From UHGV virus genome UHGV-2020843: 24,644 nt of DNA; one strand, 5' to 3'. How positions within the stretch are numbered: position 1 is the stretch's first letter; every line of letters begins with the position of its first letter. This document shows positions 1 to 7,803 of this stretch, one piece after another. The notes beneath the pieces are model-generated. The model saw nothing but the letters and a program-made list of their open reading frames with translations. It searched no databases and was not told the origin of the DNA. This stretch comes from a virus. Both the position numbers and the translations under genes were made by a program.

Positions 1-401
1 GCTGTAGGATTATCAAGCCCGACGTGATCACCATGCCAGTGACTACCGCCATTAATGGAGCAGTCAAAACCTAACAAGATGATGTTTTTCGCCCCCTGGC
101 TGGCAGCAAACAGAATAGCGCGCTGCCCGGAGTTGAAGGCCCACCGGGTATCTGTATCAAACAGATTTAGCCCATAGCGTTTATGAGCCCGGTAATTACA
201 GGTCCAGCGAGAGGCGGAGGACGGCAGAACATCGATGTTTGCATCCCACCAGCGCAGATCACCCGCGTAAATGTATTCACAATCAGGCACGGCTCGCCAG
301 GTGGAGTTAACAGCAATAACCGGCAGCCCCGATCCGGAGATCAGTTCGCAATCTGATTTATTGAGAGACGGGCCGGATGCACAAATGATGAATGTATTCA
401 T
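1..401 (-). CDS. Hypothetical protein, N-terminal 133 aa only (gene continues beyond window start); first gene downstream of Q and the terminator
   Basis: Minus-strand frame open from ATG at 401 to position 1 with no stop (MNTFIICASGPSLNKSDCELISGSGLPVIAV...). GPSL motif is reminiscent of DUF115/MptE-like folds, but this is unverified. Confidence 0.5.
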   Translation of the reverse strand, partial: MNTFIICASGPSLNKSDCELISGSGLPVIAVNSTWRAVPDCEYIYAGDLRWWDANIDVLPSSASRWTCNYRAHKRYGLNLFDTDTRWAFNSGQRAILFAASQGAKNIILLGFDCSINGGSHWHGDHVGLDNPT

Positions 402-594
402 TCGTGTTGACCTGGTTCGGGAGTAATTGGTTACGGTTGCCGATGCTTATCTTCGGCTTGTCTCTGGGGACTGCAATTAACCGTAACGGGGAGAGCACTG
501 AGCCTACTGTGACGGGTTATCGTCACTCTTTCCCCCGAAGGGTGGCCCTCGACGCAGAACGCCCATAAGCCCAATGCTCTTCCCTGTTACGGCC

Positions 595-625
595 ATAAAA
601 AAACCCGCTCGGAGGCGGGTTTAAT
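595..625 (-). terminator. Intrinsic terminator on minus strand (tR'-like position, downstream of Q)
   Basis: Minus-strand reading gives AAACCCGC-CTCCGA-GCGGGTTT followed by TTTTT; lies about 80-110 nt after the Q stop codon. Confidence 0.55.
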
Positions 626-704
626 TTCGTGCAGGCGCAATAACCTACGATTTGAAGCATACACGACAAGTTCGGACAAAATCAAGTTTTAAGTCGCTAA
701 TATG

Positions 705-1508
705 CTAAATTTTGTTCACATCACCACGAAAGCTCGTTGCGTCCTGAAACGCCGAGTCTGCTTTTTGTTCTTCCCTGTGGCAGACGTCGACGAGCACCTC
801 CAGAAACGGTTTCCAGTTACGGGTCCACGTTCTGACGTGCAGATCCGTGACTCGCTTCAGTATCGCTTTATAGGCTGCAGTAGACGGCACCCCAGAAAAT
901 CCGTTTCCGCTGCAGCGCTCGCAGGTTTTGAACACCGGCGCGCCGCGCTCGCTTGTGGCTTTGCGGTCGAGCACCTCACCTTTGCCGCCGCAACGGCATC
1001 GGGCCAGCAGCTCACCTTTACCGTTACATGCCGCGCATTTACGCTTGACCAGTTCGTGCTTGATTTTCGGCGGTACGATTTCCATTCCGTCAGAGTTGAA
1101 GACTCCAGGATGTTTGATCACATCCTCATACTGAGAGGTTAATCCGCTGCCGCTGCAGCTGTGACACGTCACGCTGGTTTCCGCTGAACGGGAGTATTCA
1201 GCAAAGGCGAATTGTGCCAGCGTCAGCATGCACCAGCCAAACTCTCCTGCAGCTGCTTTACGTACATTCCTGGGAGCTGATTCCATTGCATGACGCGCCA
1301 GAGCCTGTACAGCCAGCTGCTCATCACTTTTGCTGATCCCGGTCTTACCAAAGAAGGCAGCCAGACCAAACCGCGCTCGGCTGCTGGTGGTACCAATGGC
1401 CGCCATAACATCGGTGCCGGTGATACGATCCGGAGAGGTTCCTTTCACGTCGTCGCTGATGTGCATTCCCTGAGGGCTAAAGTGTTTTAGTGATGCCTCC
1501 AGTTTCAT
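705..1508 (-). CDS. Q: Late-gene antitermination protein, lambda Q family
   Basis: 267-aa ORF; recalled lambda Q shares blocks EASLKHFSP/ESVAKFHSP, TGTDVMAAIG/SGTDVMAAMG, FGLAAFFGK/FGMAAFCGK, YSRSAET/YCRSAAT, PSTAAYKAI/PASAAYRAV and C-terminal VLVDVCHREEQKAD/ALVVQCHKEESIAD; Cys-rich zinc-finger region. Start overlaps upstream stop as ATGA. Confidence 0.8.
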   Translation of the reverse strand: MKLEASLKHFSPQGMHISDDVKGTSPDRITGTDVMAAIGTTSSRARFGLAAFFGKTGISKSDEQLAVQALARHAMESAPRNVRKAAAGEFGWCMLTLAQFAFAEYSRSAETSVTCHSCSGSGLTSQYEDVIKHPGVFNSDGMEIVPPKIKHELVKRKCAACNGKGELLARCRCGGKGEVLDRKATSERGAPVFKTCERCSGNGFSGVPSTAAYKAILKRVTDLHVRTWTRNWKPFLEVLVDVCHREEQKADSAFQDATSFRGDVNKI

Positions 1509-2365
1509 TCTTCACACTCCCCTACCAGGTTAAGAATCACCGCCGCGCCGTGGTTTTCCATGAATTCGTCCTTTCCACTGTCAAGAAACCAGCGACATAC
1601 CTCAACGGCTTCGACGCGCGTTACGGGTTTGATGGTAGCCAGCAATTTTTCAAGGTAGCGCTCGCGGTCATATACCGATTCGTGATGCTCTGAGTAACCA
1701 AACTCATAGCCCTGTTCTTTAGTTGCAGTGTGGCGAACGCTGTAGAGCCAGTCCCAGTAAACAAACTCACGAACAACGTCAGAAAGCGTATTGGGCTCTG
1801 GCAGTACATCACGATAGCCTTCAACAAATGCCCGGCGCTGTTCATCAATTTCGTTCATACGGCTGCCGTTAATGCTGCCAGCTTTCCTCTCGGCCGGAGT
1901 CCATCCCCAAAGGTGATCGTCGATAAATTTCGGGGAAGACTTGATTACTCGCTCGGCCTCCACATCTTCGAGAGCTGCCTCATAGCTGCCGAACGTGGCC
2001 CTGACTGATGCTGCTTTTTTGATGTCCTCCCGGGCGTTCCTGATTGCCTGTGCCGGGTTATCCATGCCGATGGTACCGAAAGCAACCTGGAAAGGATCGC
2101 CACCATTCGCCAGCAAATAACGCGCGTAACGTTCCTCGGCCTCTTTTGGGGAGATTTCAATTTTCTCCAGCGCGGCTTCGGCTGCGTCCAGATGTGCGGG
2201 TTCGTTCAGACGGATCACCTCCAGCACCCAAAGATAAGCGTCAGTTTGCTTATGCCCGGTGATTCTCCGTTGCTCGGGCAGACGCTTGATGTTTGCGAGG
2301 GCGGAGCTGTGCGCTGCCGTCGGGATGGTGAATAGTGCTTTATGTTCGTTGTTATCAGTACGCAT
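1505..2365 (-). CDS. Hypothetical protein (286 aa) translationally coupled between primase and Q
   Basis: Long ORF with TAATG overlap to primase stop and ATGA overlap to Q start; no motif I can assign. Confidence 0.6.
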   Translation of the reverse strand: MRTDNNEHKALFTIPTAAHSSALANIKRLPEQRRITGHKQTDAYLWVLEVIRLNEPAHLDAAEAALEKIEISPKEAEERYARYLLANGGDPFQVAFGTIGMDNPAQAIRNAREDIKKAASVRATFGSYEAALEDVEAERVIKSSPKFIDDHLWGWTPAERKAGSINGSRMNEIDEQRRAFVEGYRDVLPEPNTLSDVVREFVYWDWLYSVRHTATKEQGYEFGYSEHHESVYDRERYLEKLLATIKPVTRVEAVEVCRWFLDSGKDEFMENHGAAVILNLVGECEE

Positions 2366-3339
2366 TACGCAGCCGCCTTTTTCTTGAAGAAAACCACCTC
2401 ACGAACCTGATCGCCGTTCATGAGCATGTCGTTAAAATCCCCGTTATCCGGGTAGTAGATGCTGATTTTTTCCAGGTCATTTTTTGCCAGTAAGTTGGCA
2501 TGGGCGCATTCCGTGGCCGCAGCCAATCCAGTGGCGCTGTTTACGTCTCGATCTGCGAAAATAATCAAATTTTTCACACCTGCAGGAACACGGAATTTCT
2601 TCATGAATCCGCTGGTCATGGTGGCCCAGGTGTTAACGTTGTATAGCTGCTTGCAGGAAAGAGCCGTTTCGATACCCTCGGCAATTCCGAGGGTCGTCGC
2701 TACCGGGAACATGCGAATAGCGACGGAACGGGCATGATCCAGATAGCTTTCGTCCTGAAGAGATTTCTGGCGCTTCGCTCCGGCAGAATCCCTTAGTTGG
2801 GCTTTCTGATTGCCGTCCAGTAAGGTTCTGTGCAGATAGCAAAGCTCGCCTTTGTCGTCAGTTGCGAGTGAATACAGACACTGGTAAACCTTACCGCCGT
2901 AGCGTTGTTTATCATTGAACTTCACTGCCTCTTGTGGGAGCTGATAAATTCCCCTGGCCTGCAGATATTCCGCCCCGGTAGTTCCTTTCAGGTTGACCAG
3001 TTTCGAAAATTTGGACAGAACCCGATCACGGGCGCTTACGGCATCTGAAGTGCGCGGAAACGCTTCGCGGGTAAAGTTATTACCAATCAGCTGGTCTATT
3101 TCCCTGCAAATTTCATTGAATGGCTTCCCTTGCGTCAGAGTGACAAGCTTCATTCCGTCACCGCTGCCGCAGGTACAGATCCATGTTCCCCGGCCGTCCC
3201 GGTCATCAATACGCAGCTTTCCCCGCGCACCACATACCGGACATTCGCCTTTAAAGTGATTTCTGGCATTAATGGGAGGTAACCCGAAGTGCTCAAAAAT
3301 CATTGCCCATTGACCTTTTGCCGCTTCTGCCGTCTTCAT
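2365..3339 (-). CDS. DNA primase (zinc-ribbon plus TOPRIM domain, phage/P4-type)
   Basis: N-terminal CPVCGARGK...WICTCGSGDG zinc-binding motif followed by TOPRIM-like IAEGIETALS and FADRD acidic motifs; ATGA overlap with helicase stop. Confidence 0.8.
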   Translation of the reverse strand: MKTAEAAKGQWAMIFEHFGLPPINARNHFKGECPVCGARGKLRIDDRDGRGTWICTCGSGDGMKLVTLTQGKPFNEICREIDQLIGNNFTREAFPRTSDAVSARDRVLSKFSKLVNLKGTTGAEYLQARGIYQLPQEAVKFNDKQRYGGKVYQCLYSLATDDKGELCYLHRTLLDGNQKAQLRDSAGAKRQKSLQDESYLDHARSVAIRMFPVATTLGIAEGIETALSCKQLYNVNTWATMTSGFMKKFRVPAGVKNLIIFADRDVNSATGLAAATECAHANLLAKNDLEKISIYYPDNGDFNDMLMNGDQVREVVFFKKKAAA

Positions 3340-4952
3340 GCTCGTTTTCCTAACTGCTGTTTGATATCGCTAATCGCTTTCTGTGCTTGCTGTACTGAGG
3401 ATGGGGCTGCCGTGCCTGATGCCTCCTGCAGGCGCTTGGCCTTCTCCTGCCCTTTCGCATACGCAATCAATTTGTGCCGGATGAAATTAGAGACAGTCGG
3501 GGTGATCTCCATCGGAAAATCGCTTAACCCGTTAGGCCACTCGTCAAACCGTTCGCGAAAGGTATTTGCGCACCAGCCATCGCTGACGGGCTTTTTCCCC
3601 TGCGATACGCGCTGACGCTGATAGAATTTGATCTGACTCCACCAGGCCTGTTTCTCTGCCTTAGTGGGCTGATGCTGGTTTTTACCCAGCTTTTTGAGTT
3701 TGCGGCCGGTGTCGGTATCGACGTCCTCACCGCCCAGCGGCTTATGCCCACATTTCGGGCATACATAGACGCCAGCTGGCTTCATGTAATGGCATTGAGA
3801 GCATTCGTGTGGCAGTTTTTCGGCCCGTTCCTCAGCTGCGCGGCGCGCGCTTTCCTCCATGCCGTCAGACTTACCGGGAAGATCGTCGTACTCGATTGAA
3901 TCCGGATAACCCAAACGGTGCACGGTACCGCTGTGATCGAAGATGAGGCAGGACTCTTTACCCGGTGCGGTGCGCAGGCCACGCCCGAGCGCCTGCAGCC
4001 AGCGAATTTCGCTTTTTGTTGGCCTGGCGTAGATGATGCAACGAACGTCACTATCGAAGCCGGCCACCAGAACGCCCACACTAACGATGATTTTCGTTGC
4101 ACCGGTTTCAAAGCGGTGAATGATGGTCTGGCGTTCATCCACTGGAGTGTCGGCGGTCATGACCTCAGCGTTAACACCCGCCAGGTTAAACTGAATTGTC
4201 AGGTAATTGGCGTGGGCTACGTTGACGCAGAAAGCGATGGTAGGCAGATCCCGGCCATTCTCCAGCCAGTTCTGTACGATGTCGCCCACCAGCGTAGAGC
4301 CGCACATGATTTCAGCCAGCTGCGTTTCGTTGTAATCGCTGCCGTACTCAAGCGATGCTTTGGTTTTAACACCTTTCAGATCCGGCTTAGTTGGCGCGTA
4401 AAATTCATATTTACTCAGATCGCCACGCTGAATTAACTCGCCGATGGTGGTGGGCTTAATCAGTCGGTCATAGTATTTGCCCAGGAACGGGGAAAACGGA
4501 GTACCCGACAGGCCAATCACCTTTACGCCTTTGCCGCGTAGACGGTCGATATCCTTCAGGATGCGTTTTTTACGCAGGTGTGCTTCGTCGATAATCAGCA
4601 GATCGATATTTTCAGGAAAAACACGACGAATAAGCGTATCGGCGCTGGCAATCTGAATTTTCCGGTCCGGATCGTAGTTCGGGTGATCCGCCCAGATATA
4701 ACCGATTTCATCCCCCGGTAATCCATACTCCACGAACCGATTAGCCGTCTGACCGATCAGGATGGTGTACGGTGCACAGAACAGGACGCGCATACCACGG
4801 CTGACAAACCCGGCAACGATGAAGGCCGCCAAACCCGTTTTACCGCTACCGGTTGGCGAATACACCATGAAGGTGTCGTTTGCCTTCCAGTCACGGCGCA
4901 ACATGTTTAGCGCTCGTTCCTGTGCAAAATTCGGCGTGATCGTCAGCTCCAT
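3336..4952 (-). CDS. Phage SF2 DNA helicase (DEAD/DEAH-box type)
   Basis: Walker A SPTGSGKT, Walker B IIDEAHL, C-terminal Cys4 motif CSQCH...CPKCGH; 538 aa; GGGGG ribosome-binding site upstream. Confidence 0.8.
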   Translation of the reverse strand: MELTITPNFAQERALNMLRRDWKANDTFMVYSPTGSGKTGLAAFIVAGFVSRGMRVLFCAPYTILIGQTANRFVEYGLPGDEIGYIWADHPNYDPDRKIQIASADTLIRRVFPENIDLLIIDEAHLRKKRILKDIDRLRGKGVKVIGLSGTPFSPFLGKYYDRLIKPTTIGELIQRGDLSKYEFYAPTKPDLKGVKTKASLEYGSDYNETQLAEIMCGSTLVGDIVQNWLENGRDLPTIAFCVNVAHANYLTIQFNLAGVNAEVMTADTPVDERQTIIHRFETGATKIIVSVGVLVAGFDSDVRCIIYARPTKSEIRWLQALGRGLRTAPGKESCLIFDHSGTVHRLGYPDSIEYDDLPGKSDGMEESARRAAEERAEKLPHECSQCHYMKPAGVYVCPKCGHKPLGGEDVDTDTGRKLKKLGKNQHQPTKAEKQAWWSQIKFYQRQRVSQGKKPVSDGWCANTFRERFDEWPNGLSDFPMEITPTVSNFIRHKLIAYAKGQEKAKRLQEASGTAAPSSVQQAQKAISDIKQQLGKRA

Positions 4953-5380
4953 TGTGCTGCCCCCGTGCTGATGAGATAATAATTTTGTGATGTGGTTTTC
5001 ATGGATTCCCCCTCACATGGCTGGTGGCCTCCCCAAAGGCTGCCAGCCTCCCTTCTGATTCAGCTCCTCTGAAAAAATCACTCTTCCAGGAAGAACCCTT
5101 TTCGTTTCTCAGCGCCTGAGCGCTTTGTACTACCTTGCTGATACAGGCGTTTTTTAAATTGCGCCCTTAAGACAGTGATCTACCTAACCAATGGATCTCT
5201 CCTGTTGGAAAAGACCCTATTCCTGCCCCTACACCCAATCCCCCCTTACCCCCCTTTCCCTCTTCCCCATAAAAACGTACTACTTCCCTAGTACATATGA
5301 GGAGTTGGGTCAGTTGGTTGCCAACCTGAACAGGCACCTTTAAGCCTGCTTCTGTTCGGGTACCTTTAAACCCGAAACAA

Positions 5381-5674
5381 TCAGGATCGCGATTGCGTTC
5401 CAGCCAGGGGAGGTTCGGCGGTATACCCCTGTAAAGCTCTGCCCTGATTTCTCACAAACAGGCGAAGCCTTGTGTTTGCTTCATGCCTTGCCCGGTTCTC
5501 CTTGCGGTACGAAACGGGTTCGGCCTCGAACGTCTCCTGATACACTGCTGCATAACGCTGCATGGCTTTTTGTTTGGCGGCCATACTGAGTGACTGCAGT
5601 TGCTCACCTATCCACTGACTGTCCGCAAGGCAAAACACAGCTGGCATCTCTAACTGCTGAAATGCCTGTGACAT
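5381..5674 (-). CDS. Hypothetical protein (97 aa) immediately downstream of cro (cII-like position)
   Basis: In-frame ATG at 5674 lies 1 nt after the cro stop; the open frame extends to 5776 (131 aa) but that would overlap cro by about 100 nt. No recognisable similarity to lambda CII. Confidence 0.4.
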   Translation of the reverse strand: MSQAFQQLEMPAVFCLADSQWIGEQLQSLSMAAKQKAMQRYAAVYQETFEAEPVSYRKENRARHEANTRLRLFVRNQGRALQGYTAEPPLAGTQSRS

Positions 5675-5675
5675 A

Positions 5676-5906
5676 TCAGATATCCCCGGAAGGTCGTGGG
5701 AATACCGTTGGGATATCAGGCCGTAATTCGTATGGCTTAACCTCCCCGTTTGTAGCCATTGAGATAGCGACTGCATTTTGAGGGGAAATCTTCTGATGGT
5801 TGTTCAGCCACTTCCAAACAGCCCCCTGAGTGACACCGATGGCTCTAGCCAACGCAGATTGGCCCCCTGCCAATCTCACTGCTTTCTGAATAGCGTTTTC
5901 TGACAT
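5676..5906 (-). CDS. cro: Cro/YdaS-like helix-turn-helix regulator
   Basis: 76-aa ORF with HTH-like segment QSALARAIGVTQGAVWKW, divergent from the cI-like repressor across an operator-containing intergenic region. Confidence 0.7.
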   Translation of the reverse strand: MSENAIQKAVRLAGGQSALARAIGVTQGAVWKWLNNHQKISPQNAVAISMATNGEVKPYELRPDIPTVFPRPSGDI

Positions 5907-5922
5907 ATTAGCGCCCTTAAAA

Positions 5923-6010
5923 ATACTTTAGGATTTGGATGATATTACCATAGTATTAATTTAGCAAGAATACTCTAGTGTTGAATGGAAAAAGCTTTTG
6001 TACTAAATTA
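5923..6010. promoter_or_regulatory. Immunity switch: three operator sites (5923-5936, 5945-5958, 5970-5983) with divergent PR-like and PRM-like promoters
   Basis: Three 14-bp sites each 2 mismatches from palindrome AATACTATAGTATT, spaced 22-25 bp. Minus strand -35 TTGCTA (5963-5968) and -10 TATCAT (5940-5945), 17-bp spacer, for cro. Plus strand -35 TTGAAT (5982-5987) and -10 TAAATT (6005-6010), 17-bp spacer, for cI. Confidence 0.5.
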
Positions 6011-6039
6011 ATCCGATCGTATTAACCAGAGGCAAAAAC

Positions 6040-6747
6040 ATGAGTGGAACGACTTTTTCGGACCGGCTAAGAGACAGCATGCAGAAGGCTGGGCTGACCC
6101 AAAGCCAGTTAGCTGAAGCAGTCGGAGTGTCACAGGGGGCAATTCAGAAACTTGTATCTGGTAAGGCAAAGTCGACAACTAAGCTTGTTCAGATAGCTAA
6201 TGTCCTTGGTGTTCGCCCTGAATGGTTAAGCGAAGGCGTTGGTGCGATCCGTAAATCAGATGATTTCCCTCCAGAAGAAAAGTGGAGCAAAGTCGAGACC
6301 TGGGATAGCAACACGCCTTTAGAATCTGATGAAGTGGAAGTCCCATTCCTTAAAGATATTGAGTTTGCATGCGGTAGCGGCAGAGTTATGGAAGAAGATT
6401 ACAACGGTTATAAACTGAGGTTTTCGAAGTCTACCCTGAGAAGAGTTGGAGCAAGCACAGATGGTTCAGGCATTATCTGTTTCCCGGCTGCCGGGAACAG
6501 TATGGAACCACTCATACCAGACGGTACAACAGTGGCTGTTAACATCGAAGACAAAAAAATCGTTGATGGAAAGATTTACGCGATCAATCAGGAAGGGTGG
6601 AAGCGGATCAAACTCCTATACCGGACAGGCCCGGATGAGTTGACTATCCGTAGCTATAACGCAGAAGAGTACCCTGATGAGGTAGTGAAGATGTCCAGCG
6701 TAGAGGTCGTTGGTAGAGTGTTTTGGACTTCTACAGTTTGGAACTAA
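6040..6747 (+). CDS. cI: CI-type phage repressor (N-terminal HTH, C-terminal S24/LexA-like peptidase domain)
   Basis: 235 aa; HTH LTQSQLAEAVGVSQGAIQKL; C-terminal AGNSMEP Ser motif and downstream Lys (KRIK), typical of autocleaving LexA/CI repressors; GAGG ribosome-binding site upstream. Confidence 0.85.
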   Translation: MSGTTFSDRLRDSMQKAGLTQSQLAEAVGVSQGAIQKLVSGKAKSTTKLVQIANVLGVRPEWLSEGVGAIRKSDDFPPEEKWSKVETWDSNTPLESDEVEVPFLKDIEFACGSGRVMEEDYNGYKLRFSKSTLRRVGASTDGSGIICFPAAGNSMEPLIPDGTTVAVNIEDKKIVDGKIYAINQEGWKRIKLLYRTGPDELTIRSYNAEEYPDEVVKMSSVEVVGRVFWTSTVWN

Positions 6748-6748
6748 G

Positions 6749-6770
6749 CCGGGGAAACCCGGTTTTTTTT
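6749..6770 (+). terminator. Intrinsic terminator after cI
   Basis: CCGGG-GAAA-CCCGG hairpin followed by T8, immediately after the cI stop codon. Confidence 0.65.
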
Positions 6771-6828
6771 GCGAAAAAAAATAAAATCCATTATTTTCAT
6801 TAGGTTACATGAAAAAGAAAATAAGATT

Positions 6829-6869
6829 AATACTATAGTATTGACGCGGGATTAATCCTCCCCTATTCT
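6829..6869 (+). promoter_or_regulatory. PL-like early promoter with perfect palindromic operator
   Basis: Perfect 14-bp palindrome AATACTATAGTATT (6829-6842) overlapping -35 TTGACG (6841-6846); 17-bp spacer; -10 TATTCT (6864-6869); about 30 bp upstream of ORF 6901. Confidence 0.5.
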
Positions 6870-6900
6870 CATCTCATCGGCAAACAACGGAGCCAGTGAG

Positions 6901-7221
6901 ATGACGACCAATACGACAATCAAAAAATTATATCAGCTTGTTGATATTCCAGATTTTCGCTACAGCAAAGATAGTTCAAGTATTGATTATGGTGATATTG
7001 CATCAGATTGCGATACTAAAACTGTTTCTATCTTTGAAGCCATTAACCATATCAGCTTAAATATTTTTTCCATTGCTGAAGATAAAGAAATCAGCAAAGA
7101 AAAGATATTAAACCTTTCTTGTATCATCGCTGACCTTGCAGAAATTGGAATGGCAACGAATAAAATTTCTCAAGCTGCCTCATATCTTTCTGGATTAAAG
7201 GATGGCAATCATGGCGCATGA
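6901..7221 (+). CDS. Hypothetical small acidic protein (106 aa), first gene after the PL-like promoter
   Basis: ORF in AT-rich segment directly downstream of predicted early promoter; no recognisable motif. Confidence 0.5.
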   Translation: MTTNTTIKKLYQLVDIPDFRYSKDSSSIDYGDIASDCDTKTVSIFEAINHISLNIFSIAEDKEISKEKILNLSCIIADLAEIGMATNKISQAASYLSGLKDGNHGA

Positions 7222-7405
7222 ATTTTCATTAGAACAAGCGAAAGAGAAAGCATATCAGGCAGAAATAATCTGCAAAATGATTGAGTTATACCCCAACAAA
7301 ATGGACTGTTCTGAAATCGAGGCCATTGCAGCATTATTAAGTAAGTTAACCAGTGATGTTTGTGCATGGTTAATTGAAGAGCAAGCTATTAGATCCAACG
7401 CTTAG
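7211..7405 (+). CDS. Hypothetical small acidic protein (about 65 aa)
   Basis: ORF overlapping the previous gene's end (alternative start at 7202); AT-rich. Confidence 0.45.
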   Translation: MAHEFSLEQAKEKAYQAEIICKMIELYPNKMDCSEIEAIAALLSKLTSDVCAWLIEEQAIRSNA

Positions 7406-7578
7406 TTTTTTTAGATTCCTAAATAAATAACAGCTTTATTGCTGAGGGGATTCCATACACTTTTTTAGGAAAAAACATGATAAACATCAACGCCTTTAAT
7501 ACTGCTAAGTTATTTTGTTCAGCCGGTTACTGGGATATTGCGAATTTATATCTCAGGAAAGCATACGGGAGATAAATC

Positions 7579-7803
7579 ATGTCAACACAAGATCGCCAAG
7601 ACGTGCAAGGTGTGAATATTAAAGCTGAACAACTTAACTTCCTTATGCAAACAATTCACGCTCACCATAAGGATTTTGACTGCCATCAACTTGATGGCCT
7701 TTTAGGTCTGGCTTATGACCTTGCCGGGTCGGTATATAGCTGGCCCGAGGCAGAGGAAAGGATCGTTTTAGAAAATGAAGATGCACAAAGAAAGGTGTAT
7801 TAA
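7579..7803 (+). CDS. Hypothetical small acidic protein (74 aa)
   Basis: ORF with GGGAG ribosome-binding site; stop TAA immediately followed by the next ATG. Confidence 0.5.
   Translation: MSTQDRQDVQGVNIKAEQLNFLMQTIHAHHKDFDCHQLDGLLGLAYDLAGSVYSWPEAEERIVLENEDAQRKVY

Noticed and set aside
702-1142. 146-aa plus-strand ORF antisense to the Q gene
   Set aside because: Fully embedded antisense within a well-supported Q-family CDS; no ribosome-binding site or independent support. Likely a spurious frame.
3918-4436. 172-aa plus-strand ORF inside the helicase gene (similar antisense ORFs occur inside intA at 11614-12033, inside yfjK at 16987-17244 and inside yfjL at 18585-18863)
   Set aside because: All are antisense frames embedded in long, motif-supported CDSs with no start context of their own.
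1383-5037. Chi sites (GCTGGTGG at 1383-1390 and 5030-5037, plus several reverse-orientation copies elsewhere)
   Set aside because: Chi octamers occur every few kb in E. coli DNA; the number here is not obviously enriched, so no special claim is made.
5381-5776. 131-aa version of the ORF downstream of cro, using the first ATG at 5776
   Set aside because: It would overlap cro by about 100 nt in another frame; the in-frame ATG at 5674, 1 nt after the cro stop, is more parsimonious, though the longer form cannot be excluded.
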